Source: Heptranchias perlo (Eukaryota). Taken from it: a stretch of DNA of 64,000 nucleotides. The stretch is taken from NCBI RefSeq assembly GCF_035084215.1, contig NC_090353.1:35774001-35838000 (forward strand), in the 5' to 3' direction. The position numbers were made by a program, and so were the translations under genes. A model generated the notes under the pieces. The model made no database searches. It was not told the origin of the DNA and saw nothing but the letters and a program-made list of their open reading frames with translations. Positions within the stretch are counted from its first letter, which is position 1; each line of letters opens with the position of its first letter. Positions 24,901 through 35,100 of this stretch are shown one piece after another.

Positions 24901-27321
24901 GGAGTGAGGCTTGAACCCACAACCTTCTGAGTCAGAGGTGAGAGAGCTACCCACTGAGCCAAGCTGTAGTTGACACCAGGCTGGATAAGCCACCAAGAGT
25001 TAGAAGGGTAAAAATTTACCCAGGCCTGTGTTTGGGATCCAGAATCAGCTCTGCACAGACCCCCAAACCGGCCGGCCTGAAATTGAGCCTTAAAACGGGC
25101 ACAGCGAGGTCCAATTTCTACCCTGAGTCTTCAAGATCAGAAAACAATTTATTCCAGTGCATACTGACCCCCTACTTGACTCCAGGTGGGTTTAAAAACC
25201 TTACGATTGTCAGAGAAAGCGAAGACTGAGGGAAGTTAGGGGTACCATAGTTTTGAGGTGCTGGGAAAGAATAATGAGCTTGAGTGGGAGGCACTGTGAT
25301 ATCAACACATTGAGGAATCAGGGAGGAGGAAGGGTGTGTAGGACAGGGGGTTTGGAGATTAGAGGGAAGAAGAGTGGAAAAGTTATCGGAGCAATGACCG
25401 TAGCGTCAATGACCGTAGCGACAATGACCGTAGCGTCAATGACCGTAGTGTCAATTACCATAGCGACAATGACCGTAGCGACAATGACCATAGTGTCAAT
25501 GTCCATAGCGTCAATGACCGTAGTGTCAATGACCATAGTGTCAATGACCGTAGCGACAATGACCGTAGTGTCAATTACCATAGCGTCAATGACCGTAGCG
25601 ACAATGACCATAGCGACAATGACCATGACGAACTCTGGATTCTTTTACCCTCAGTCTGGTTCAGCAAACACTGAGTCGAATACACCTTTAAAGTTCAACA
25701 GAATTTTATTATCCGCGGGGCTTAGTCTATAGTATCGACATTGACTCCTGACAGAGTCTTGTCAAGTCCAATAGAGCAAGCAAGGTTCCATACAGAGGTT
25801 TACACATTTATACAGTTACAACAGGACTATGAGCATGATTAACAATGATCAACACCAATCATAAGCGGTTCATGTGTAGGCCATGCCTAGGTTACATGAG
25901 GGCAGGCCAATCACAGGTAGTACACGTGCATGATCATGCCGCGGTTACAACAAGAGAGGGATGCATCCTTATCTCCTAACTACGGAATGTTCCTTCGGCC
26001 TTGTACTGTTATTGCTTAACTTCAGAATGTTCCAGCTGCACAGATACCCCAACCAGACCCCTAATCTTATCAAGTCTTGTCAACTGTTGAGACATCACAG
26101 GACTTACACATAAAGAGCTAAGCACACAAACATGAGGCCGAAAAGGGGCCCATTGTTCTACTTCTAGCTAGTAGGCTACTAACTAACTGTTGCTTAACCG
26201 CAATGCTACTTGACAAGTAGGTATTCTACTGAAAGATTGCCACGTAGGCATTCTCAACCATAGCGTCAATGACCGTAGTGTCAATTACCATAGCGACAAT
26301 GACCGTAGTGTCAATGGCCATCGCGTCAATGACCGTAGCGTCAATGACCATAGCTTCAATGACCGTAGCGACAATGACCGTAGCGTCAATGACCGTAGCG
26401 GTGTCAATAAAACCAAGATGAGAAAGACTACAATACAGAAGGAACTTGCATTTATGTAGCGCCTTTCATCTCCTCAGGATGTCCCACAGTCAACTAATTA
26501 CTTTTGAAGTGCAGTCACTGTTGTTATGTAGGCAATCCCGGCAGCCATTTTCAGACCATGATTCCACAAACAGAAATGAAATGCAAGACCAGTTAATGTG
26601 TTTTTGGAGATGTTGGATGAGAGAGGCATATTGACCAGGACACCGAGAAAACTCACCGCTCCTCTCTGAAATATTGCCATGGGATAGCACTCCCTCAGTA
26701 CTGCACTGGAGTATTAGCCCAGACAATGTGCTCACGTCCTGGAGTCAGACTGAACACACAACTTTCAGACCCAGAGGCAAGAGTGCTACCAACTGACAAC
26801 TAAAGGAATTAATGGAGGGCATCAGGAAAGGGTTTAATAGTGGAGATGTGATTGATGGATGAATATTCTGAAGTTTTGCTCAATCCCCTTTGAGCAGCAG
26901 GGAGTGTTTAAACAGAACTTTCCCTTCGGAAGTTAAATGAGTGGCTCGAGTCCATGATAGGGTAACGTGTACATAAGGTATAGAAGGGGATTAAATGGGT
27001 GGGTAGAGTCCATCAGAGGGTAGAGTGTACATTGGCTATGGGAGAAGATTAAATGGGTGGGTAGAGTCCATGACATGGTAGAGTGTTCACAGGCTGTGGG
27101 AGGAGTGGGCGGATGGCCTTTTCTCGTTCTGTGTTTTACGTTCCTATCATTCTTAATATTGAAAATAAATTCTGACTTTGTCTTAATTTACTTCTTACAG
27201 AAACAAGTGTTGGAATCAGCCAGTTAGGTATCATGGAGAATGCAGTTGGTTCACCGTTTTGATTGGCATTGGTGGTTCTTGCCTGGGTTTCGGGTCATGC
27301 TCTAATAATAAATGCAGTTAA
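18958..27321 (+). CDS. Tetherin/BST2-like TM-coiled-coil protein, gene A; join(18958..19248,22558..22654,24092..24245,27201..27321), 220 aa
   Basis: Exon 1 MQRFFCASIGINHLRAFLLLCLMIVIIQVAMKAL...REEV (TM then heptads) ends at gtg|GTGAGT (phase 0). Exon 2 follows tttaaacag| and encodes MSLQGKITVQENTIATLQNQSRDLSNKNTKLQ, ending G|GTCAGT (phase 1). Exon 3 follows ctttatcag| and encodes DVLQHWEVKFSDLEEKQENQEEELNRATKRLDEKQREVEEWIENHSRLNQQ, ending CT|GTAAGA (phase 2). Exon 4 follows cttcttacag| and encodes LNKCWNQPVRYHGECSWFTVLIGIGGSCLGFGSCSNNKCS*. All phases are compatible; sequons NQS and NHS are present. Confidence 0.72.
21843..22121. repeat. 67-bp tandem repeat (about 4 copies)
   Basis: TACACTGTCCCATCAAACACTCCCAGGGCAGGTACAGCACGGGTTAGATACAGAGTAAAGCTCCCTC, period 67. 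Confidence 0.9.
23408..23995 (-). mobile_element. CR1 fragment in intron 2; copies ~39036-39623 and ~54899-55486
   Basis: Minus-strand ORFs LYKTLVQPQLEYCVQFWAP... and FFTQRVVMIWNVLP with a frameshift; ATTCTATG tail. Confidence 0.85.
25391..26400. repeat. 15-bp minisatellite CAATGACCGTAGCGT split by a solo LTR; duplicated in units 2 and 3
   Basis: Arrays at 25391-25625 and 26257-26400. Confidence 0.9.
25626..26256 (-). mobile_element. Solo LTR (631 bp) with 4-bp TSD ACCA; copies 41254..41884 and 57117..57747
   Basis: acca|TGACGAA...TTCTCA|acca interrupts a 15-bp minisatellite. Minus-strand TATA-like motif near 25810 and AATAAA near 25705; CCAAT boxes present. Confidence 0.75.
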
Positions 27322-27646
27322 CGGTGAGTAACCGATAAAGAACAATCAGTGGAAACGGTACCCAGTGTGCCTTGAGGAACGGGGGGAGAGGGAGGGAGGA
27401 GAGAGTGGGAGGGAGTGAGGGCAGGGAGGGACAGAGAGGGGGAGGGAGGGAGAGGGAGAAAGGGAGAGGCGGGAGAAAGGGAGGGGGAGGGACGGGGGAA
27501 AGGAGCGAGGGAGGGAGAGAGGAGAAGGGAGGGGGAGAGGTGGAGGGAGGGGACCGTGGGAGGAAGGAGGGATGGGGAGGTGGGAGGGTGAACTTGGGGA
27601 AGGGGAGAAAAAGCATTTTCAAAAACCTTTTCCTTATGTTGTACAG

Positions 27647-27790
27647 GACTCCGCCAAAATCCTGAGATGATGAAGTGGAACCGTCAACATGCAGAGATGG
27701 AGCAAACACTCCTGTGCCAAGAGATTGAGGCACTGTTGATTGGAGGAAGAAACTATGGTTCTGAGTCTCTGGGTAGCGATCCTCAATAAA
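27647..27790 (+). other. Putative terminal (3' UTR) exon 5 with polyadenylation signal; repeated near 43275 and 59138
   Basis: Donor cg|GTGAGT lies 2 nt after the exon-4 stop (27324). Acceptor ttccttatgttgtacag| precedes 27647. AATAAA at 27785-27790. Confidence 0.5.
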
Positions 27791-30498
27791 AAAACAAACG
27801 CAAACCTGCTTCTCTGTGACACGAATGGGAAACAAGATTCTTGTCCGTTACAACGGGAAGATTGTCCAGTGATGATATCGGAGTTGGTGGCTTTTCACTA
27901 AAGTTCAGATTCTCTTGGTTGCCAAACACCCTCTGGGAGGTTGTCACCCTCCCTGTCCTGTCCCACGTATCTTCATATTAAAAACTGAACCCTTTGTTTT
28001 GAAGAAGTGATGTTGGGCTGGTGATAACTGAGATCTGTAGCACAGGGCGGTTTCAGCCAAACTGGTTCAAGTAACAGTGACAGACAACAGCCTGCCCTAG
28101 AGTTAATATGAACGTCCGAGAGACGGAATGAGAAAAGGCCACTCAGTACATCAGTCTCACTCCTTCCACGGTCCATGTACACTCTACTCCATCACGGACT
28201 CTACCCACCCATTTAATGTCACGGAATGAGAAAAGGCCACTCAGTACATCAGTCTCACTCCTTCCAAGGTCCATGTACACTCTACTCCATCACAGACTCT
28301 ACTCGCCCATTTAATCTCCTCCCATAGCCCATGTAATGTCTACCCCATCATGTCAATGAATCAATCATTCTTTCCCAGTGTCTTAAGACTGTGACACTTC
28401 CTCACCCACCTCAATCCACCCTTCCTGCCTGCAGTCGACAGAATTTTAAAACCTAAGTTGACGTCCATTAACTACTGGACAACCCCTCTGCTCCTTCTCC
28501 TCCCTCCATGGTGTTGTGACCTGCACCCAGAGTCTTGGGCCTCTCAACAAAATCAGGGATTAATTACACAATTGACAGATGCCTCCAATTGGCAAAAAGG
28601 TTGCCTTGACGACATGGTAAGGGGAGGGGATCAATTTTACATTACTACTATTTGATTTCACTGGGGGTTTTTTTTTGCTATGACGGTTAGTGAGCTTGAA
28701 TAACACTGGGTGTTGAGGCTCAGAAACGTGGATTGGTTGGATTTTGCCAGCCTTTGTTTCACCGAGTCCTACACGAGGTTATAATGACCAGAAATGTCTA
28801 TCAGTATTTTTTTTTAGCAAAACATAAGATGTTATCCAGGAACCGAAAAAAAGTCAAAGAAAAGAATCTGACTTTTGCTTCTGTAACAGTTGGTGATGGA
28901 TTTAAGTGATGGGAAGCACTGGGATTTGACACTCTGTAAAGTGGGAGTTGTTACTGCTCCCCCACCCCTCTGATGTACATAGGAACAGGAGCAGGCCATT
29001 CAGGCCCTCAAGCCTGTTCCACATATTTATTGAGTGAGATGTATATTTGTTTCTCAAGAAAGACTAGAGAAGCCGGGATTGTTCTCCTTGGAGCAAAGAT
29101 GGTTAAGGGGAGATTTAATAGAGGTGTTCAAAATTATGAAGGGTTTTGATAGAGTAAATAAGGAGAAACTGTTTCCACTGGCAGGAGGGTCGGTAACCAG
29201 AGGACACAGATTGAAGATAATTGGCAAAGAACCAGGGTGATGATAAGGAGAATTTTTTTTACACAGCGAGTTGTTCTGATCTGGAATGCGCTGCCTGATA
29301 GGGCGGAGGGAGCAGATTCAATAATAACTTTCAAAAGGGGAATTGGATAAATACTTGAAAAGGAGACATTTTCAGGGCTGTGGGGAAAGAGCAGGGCAGT
29401 GGGACTAATTGGATAGCTCTTTTCAAACGGCCAGCTCAGGCACGACGGGCCAATTGGCCTCCTTCTGTGCCGTAAGATTCCATGATAGTTTGTACTAATC
29501 CAGAGACCAATTAACTTAACACCAAATGAATTGTGTGTCTATATCTTTAATATAATATTTCTGTGCATATTTGCAATAAAATATAACAATAAAACCAACT
29601 CTGGTGCCAAGTGAACAGATTTTGTTGCTTCCACTGGTCTCCAGATGAAACTCCAGTCATTCCGAAATCACATCCTGATCGGAGCAAAGCACGTGCCAGA
29701 GACACAGCGATCTGTGACTCCATGGGGTAATGTTCCAGCTTCAAGCTGCAGATTTGCGTTTGCCTGCAAGTAACAGAAACTCAGCACTTGTGGTTTACAA
29801 TTTTCTGACCACTCATTTTTAAATGTTTGAAAAACTGCGCAGCACATGCCCAAATTTCTGATTTGCGTTCCCAGTGAGCAAGGCAGTAAATCAACCCTCA
29901 AAAATAGATCATTGGGACCCCTCGATTACATTCGTTATTCTATATATAAAGCCCCCAAACCCTTTGGATAGATTCTCGCCTCAAGGACCTTGACCAGGGA
30001 GCCATTCCTCACGTGTGAGTCTGGACAGTGAGTGTCCAGATCCTAGGAGTGCAGAGGGCGCTCTGGAGAAAGTTGCCCTCACTGAACGCCCTACTTGTGT
30101 AGGATCTGTCGGGGTTATTGGACACCGAGCCACAGTGGGAGATCCTGCTGCTTTCCCCCCCTCCCCTTGCCCTGGAGCACAATGTAGGACCCTCACTACT
30201 GTGGTGGCTGAGATCAGCCACTTCTGCGCAGTCCAGTGGATTGAGCCCGGAACCTTCTTACTCCGCATGGCTTGGCATTGCACTGGCTCGTGCGTTTTCC
30301 AGCTGAGCCATTGGAAGGGGGAGATTGAACTTTCGATAATCTTTCACATTCAGGTCCTATTTCAATCTGAAGATGTGCGAACAGCAAGGTGGGAAATAAC
30401 GGAGAGCAATAAGCAGTTTCAGAAGGATTTAAAACTTTTAGGAAGTGGGCCAGTAGATGGCTGATGTCGTTCAATGTGAATAAACACAAATAATTAAA

Positions 30499-30673
30499 GC
30501 CCTGATTTCAACCTAACCCACCCAGTGAGAACCGGGAAGCAGTCGGGTCAGGCGCCAGATTTACACTGCACCTATTGGGGTCAATCAGGCGTAAAATCGG
30601 GTGGAGAGTGAATCGCCCGTCTGACCCGAACACGCCTTGATTCTCGCCTGGTCGGTTAGGTTGAAGTCGAGGC
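30499..30673. mobile_element. Short MITE-like inverted-repeat element; copies ~46185 and ~62047
   Basis: gccctgatttcaacctaacc ... ggttaggttgaagtcgaggc imperfect terminal inverted repeats. Confidence 0.4.
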
Positions 30674-31261
30674 GTTAATGTGGGAGCAAGGAATCGAAAT
30701 CTGAAATAAAAACAGAAAATTCTGGAAACATTTGGCAAATCAGGCAGCATCTGTGGAGAGAGATACAGAGTTAATGTTTCAAGTCTTTCCTCAGAACTGG
30801 AAGAAGTTAGAGATTTAACAGTTTATAAGCAAGTATAGAGCCAGAGAAAGGGGCGGGAGGGAGGAAAGAACAAAGGAGAAGGTCTGCGATAGGGTGGAGG
30901 ACAGGAGTGATTAAATGACAAAAGGGATGATGATGCAAGGCAAGGAGGGTGGGAATGGAACACGTAAAGAAGCAAAAGATGGGTCTAGAGAAGTAAATGG
31001 TTTCAGCAGAACCATTACCAGCACTTGCTGTCTGAGAAAGGGGGAATGGTGATTATGATCTGAAGCTCTTGAACTCAATGTTGAGTCTGGAAGGTTGTAA
31101 AGTCCTTGATCTCAAGAGGAAGTGACTCAAGCTGCTGTTGAGTTTCATTGGAACAGTGTAAGAGGCCGAGGACAGAGAGGTCAGAGTGGGAGTGGGACGG
31201 AGAATTAAAATGGCAAGCGACCGGAAGCTCAGGGTCACGCTTGCAGACTTAACGGAGGTGT

Positions 31262-31780
31262 GAAAAGGTGGGTAGGTGGGATTGAAGGATATGGTGAGAA
31301 GGTGGTTAGTTGGGATTGAGGGACATGGTGAGAGGGTGGGTAGGTGGGATTGAGGGAAGTGATGAGAAGGTGGGATTGAGGGACATGGTGAGAAAATGGG
31401 ATTGAGGGATATGGTCAGAAGGTGGGAGATGGGACTGGGGGATATTGTGAGAAGATGGGCAGGTGGGGCTGAGGGATAATGGGAGCAGGTGGGTAGATGG
31501 GGTTGAGGAATATGGTGAGGAGGTGGGTAGGTGGGATTGAAGGTTATAATGAGGAGGTAGGTAGGTGGTATTTGGTGAGCAGGTGGGTAGGTGAGGTTGA
31601 GGGATATGGTGAGGAGGTGGGTAGGTGGGATTGAAGGTTATAATGAGGAGGTAGGTAGGTGGTATTTGGTGAGCAGGTGGGCAGGTGAGGTTGAGGGATA
31701 TGGTGAGGAGGTGGGTAGGTGGGATTCAGGGATATGGTGAGGAGGTGATGAGAAGGATATTGTGGGATTATGAGAAGGTT
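31262..31780. repeat. Degenerate G-rich minisatellite (GAGGGATATGGTGAGGAGGTGGGTAGGTGGGATT) just upstream of the gene B promoter
   Basis: Visible tandem variants; repeated in units 2 and 3. Confidence 0.8.
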
Positions 31781-31798
31781 AGATTGATTTAGCGAAAA

Positions 31799-32028
31799 GG
31801 GACTTTTCCTGCTCCTAAAAATTCTTAAATTCTGAAGTGTGAGTCACCTAATAAGTCAAAGTAAGCAAGAGATTTCAGTGAGAAAAGTTCGTAACCCTGC
31901 AGGGGCTGGCTTGCTGCCACAAACTGAAATGGTTTGAATCATGTGATTTCCAGTAAATGTTGTTCTGTGGGGGGGGGTTTGAAGATTTATGATGATGAGA
32001 GTGATTTTCTGATAAGTAGAAACGTTTC
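31799..32028 (+). promoter_or_regulatory. Gene B promoter: NF-kB-like, AP-1, IRF-like, E-box and GAS motifs; copies near 47485-47715 and 63347-63578
   Basis: GGGACTTTTCC 31799-31809; TGAGTCA 31840-31846; AAACTGAAA 31921-31929; CATGTGAT-TTCCAGTAA (GAS 31948-31956); GAAACGTTTC 32019-32028. Confidence 0.5.
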
Positions 32029-32113
32029 AATACGAAGGCAGCCTGGTGTAGTACAGCTAGTGCAGAGTAGGTACAGGGACCGGTGCTGTGTGGATCAGGC
32101 GGGGCCATTCTAG

Positions 32114-35100
32114 ATGAATAAATCTGACAGTACGATGGGTTCCTCAGGACGCAGAGATTGTATTTTAAAATATTTGGTCGGTTTACTGAGCCTGGTGGCT
32201 TTGATTTTTTTGTCTTCGTTTGTGTATGTGATGAACTCGGACCCTGTCCTCGAGCTGAAACAGTGTGAAAAGCGACTGCAAAACGAAACGTCTATGTTAA
32301 ATGAATGTGAGCAGGCACGGGGGGAGAGCCAGTCCTTATTAAACAACTGCCAGGCTCAATCGGTGAGTAGTAAAACCATCGACAGTCCGTGTGTTATTGA
32401 TTCTAGTAAAGGAAGCCCTTTAAGGGATGATATTTGTTGCTAAAAGTGAAGCAGCTCTTTAGTAAAACTCGGAGGCTCTGTGAAAAAGTCAATTTTTGTT
32501 CATTTTATTTGCAAGTACATAACACATACGTTCAGTAGTGAAGTGGTTATGTTACTGGACTAGTAACCTAGAGACCTGGAATAATTAATCCAGAGTGAAC
32601 GGGAGTTCAACTCCCACCAGGGCAGCTTAAGAATTTGAATTCAGTTTTAAAAAACATCTGGGAAATAAAAAGCTGGTCTCAGTAAAAGTGTCGATAGTCT
32701 TCAGTATACTGGGATGTTATGTTCTCCGTGGCTAACCTGTCTGAACACCAACGACACCTTTGATTGCTGTGATCGTCTCCCAGCCGAGGTGTTGTCGAAA
32801 ACTTAATTACCTATTATACACAATGCATTAACTCCAAACACTTATTTTCAGACAAGTAAGAATTTATTAAGAAACTTGTACAAGTTGGAAGTGTACCTCA
32901 AACAATGGTTGAGGCTACGTCTTCTTCGAACAAAGAAAGCAGTTATCTTTTATACACTTAATTCAGTAATGTCTGTCTATCATTGACTATGGGCGTACAT
33001 GTACACTCTCATTGGTTCAAGTGGTTAGTCAATCAAAAATAGGGAACCCACCCTCTGACATCCGTAGCTCATTCCTGTTTAGGCACTAGGCTTCACAGGC
33101 ATGAGAGAACACTACCTCCCTAAATTACAAGCTGGTTAATCAGTAGGGCTGAAGTCAGAATCAAGGCTACATGGCCTGTCAAGAAACTGTATTCTCATTA
33201 TATTATAAGCCAGCAATACCCTTATCTGAACGGGGGGAGGGGGGGAGGCCAGACAGTACCAAGCACCTGGACAGCCAACTTAATTATCAACGTACCAAAG
33301 ACAATTGTGTCTTTCTGTGTGTGTGTGTGAAATTGTAACTACCCTATGTATGGGAGTCAAGGAGTTAACATTGGTCAAATACCCATCATGCTTTTCTCTT
33401 TTTTTATGGTCAAGTAACTGTTCACGTATTTCTACATTAATGTGGTCTTTATAATTTTCCACAGTGTGATAGGGGGCAGTTGGAAAGATTATCTGTAATC
33501 ACCAGGCATTGTTCTCTGATTATATATGCTGTGCGTTTTTAGAACCCTTCACTCACCTGACGAAGGAGGAAAGCTCCGAAAGCTTGTGATTTAAAATAAA
33601 AAGGCATGGATGTTAGGGAACTTGGGGAAATAAATAGTGATGTCTTGAGGAGTGTACATATTACAGAGGGGGAGGTGCTGGAAGTCTTAACGCGCATCAA
33701 GTTAGATAAATCTCCGGGACCTGATGAAATGTATCCCAGGACGTTATGGGAGGTTAGGGAGGAAATTGCGGGTCCCCTAGCAGAGATATTTGAATCATCG
33801 ACAGCTACAGGTGAGGTGCCTGAAGATTGGAGGGTAGCAAATGTTGTGCCTTTGTTTAAGAAGGGCGGCAGGGAAAAGCCTGGGAACTACAGACCGGTGA
33901 GCCTGACATCTGTAGTGGGTAAGTTGTTAGAGGGTATTCTGAGAGACAGGATCTACAGGCATTTGGAGAGGCAGGGACTGATTAGGAACAGTCAGCATGG
34001 TTTTGTGAGAGGAAAATCATGTCTCACGAATTTGATTGAGTTTTTCGAAGGGGTAACCAAGAAGATAGATGAGGGCTGTGCAGTAGACGTGGTCTACATG
34101 GACTTTAGCAAAGCCTTTGACAAGGTACCGCATGGTAGGTTGTTACATAAGGTTAAATCTCACAGGATCCAAGGTGAGGTAGCCAATTGGATACAAAATT
34201 GGCTTGATGACAGAAGACAGAGGGTGGTTGTAGAGGGTTGTTTTTCAAACTGGAGGCCTGTGACCAGCGGTGTGCCTCAGGGATCGGTGCTGGGTCCGCT
34301 GTTATTTGTTATTTATATTAATGATTTGGATGAGAATTTAGGAGGCATGGTTAGTAAGTTTGCAGATGACACCAAGATTGGTGGCATTGTGGACAGTGAA
34401 GAAGGTTATCTAGGATTGCAACGGGATCTTGATAAATTGGGCCAGTGGGCCGATGAATGGCAGATGGAGTTTAATTTAGATAAACGTGAGGTGATGCATT
34501 TTGGTAGATCGAATCGGGCCAGGACCTACTCCGTTAATGGTAGGGCATTGGGGAGAGTTATAGAACAAAGAGATCTAGGAGTACAGATTCATAGCTCCTT
34601 GAAAGTGGAGTCACAGGTGGATAGGGTGGTGAAGAAGGCATTCAGCATGCTTGGTTTCATTGGTCAGAACATTGAATACAGGAGTTGGGATGTCTTGTTG
34701 AAGTTGTACAAGACATTAGTAAGGCCACACTTGGAATACTGTGTACAGTTCTGGTCACCCTATTATAGAAAGGATATTATTAAACTAGAAAGAGTGCAGA
34801 AAAGATTTACTAGGATGCTACCGGGACTTGATGGTTTGACTTATAGGGAGAGGTTGGATAGACTGAGACTTTTTTCCCTGGAGAGTAGGAGGTTTCAGGG
34901 TGATCTTATAGAAGTCTATAAAATAATGAGGGGCATAGATAAGGTCGATAGTCAAAATCTTTTCCCAAAGGTAGGGGAGTCTATAACGAGGGGGCATAGA
35001 TTTAAGGTGAGAGGGGAGAGATACAAAAGGGTCCAGAGGGGCAATTTTTTCACTCAAAGGGTGGTGAGTGTCTGGAACGAGCTGCCAGAGGCAGTAGTAG

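Noticed and set aside
25253-25732. Hydrophobic MTVAS/MTVAT repeat ORF
   Set aside because: A 15-bp minisatellite running into a solo LTR within intron 3.
29981-30489. Overlapping 62-149 aa ORFs repeated in each unit
   Set aside because: No recognisable domain or exon structure; recurrence is explained by the segmental duplication and the sequence is probably a degraded repeat.
32363-32443. Single-exon 109-aa reading of the B ORF (and the 149-aa A ORF)
   Set aside because: The sequence after the GTGAGT donors is intronic read-through; phase-compatible downstream exons exist.
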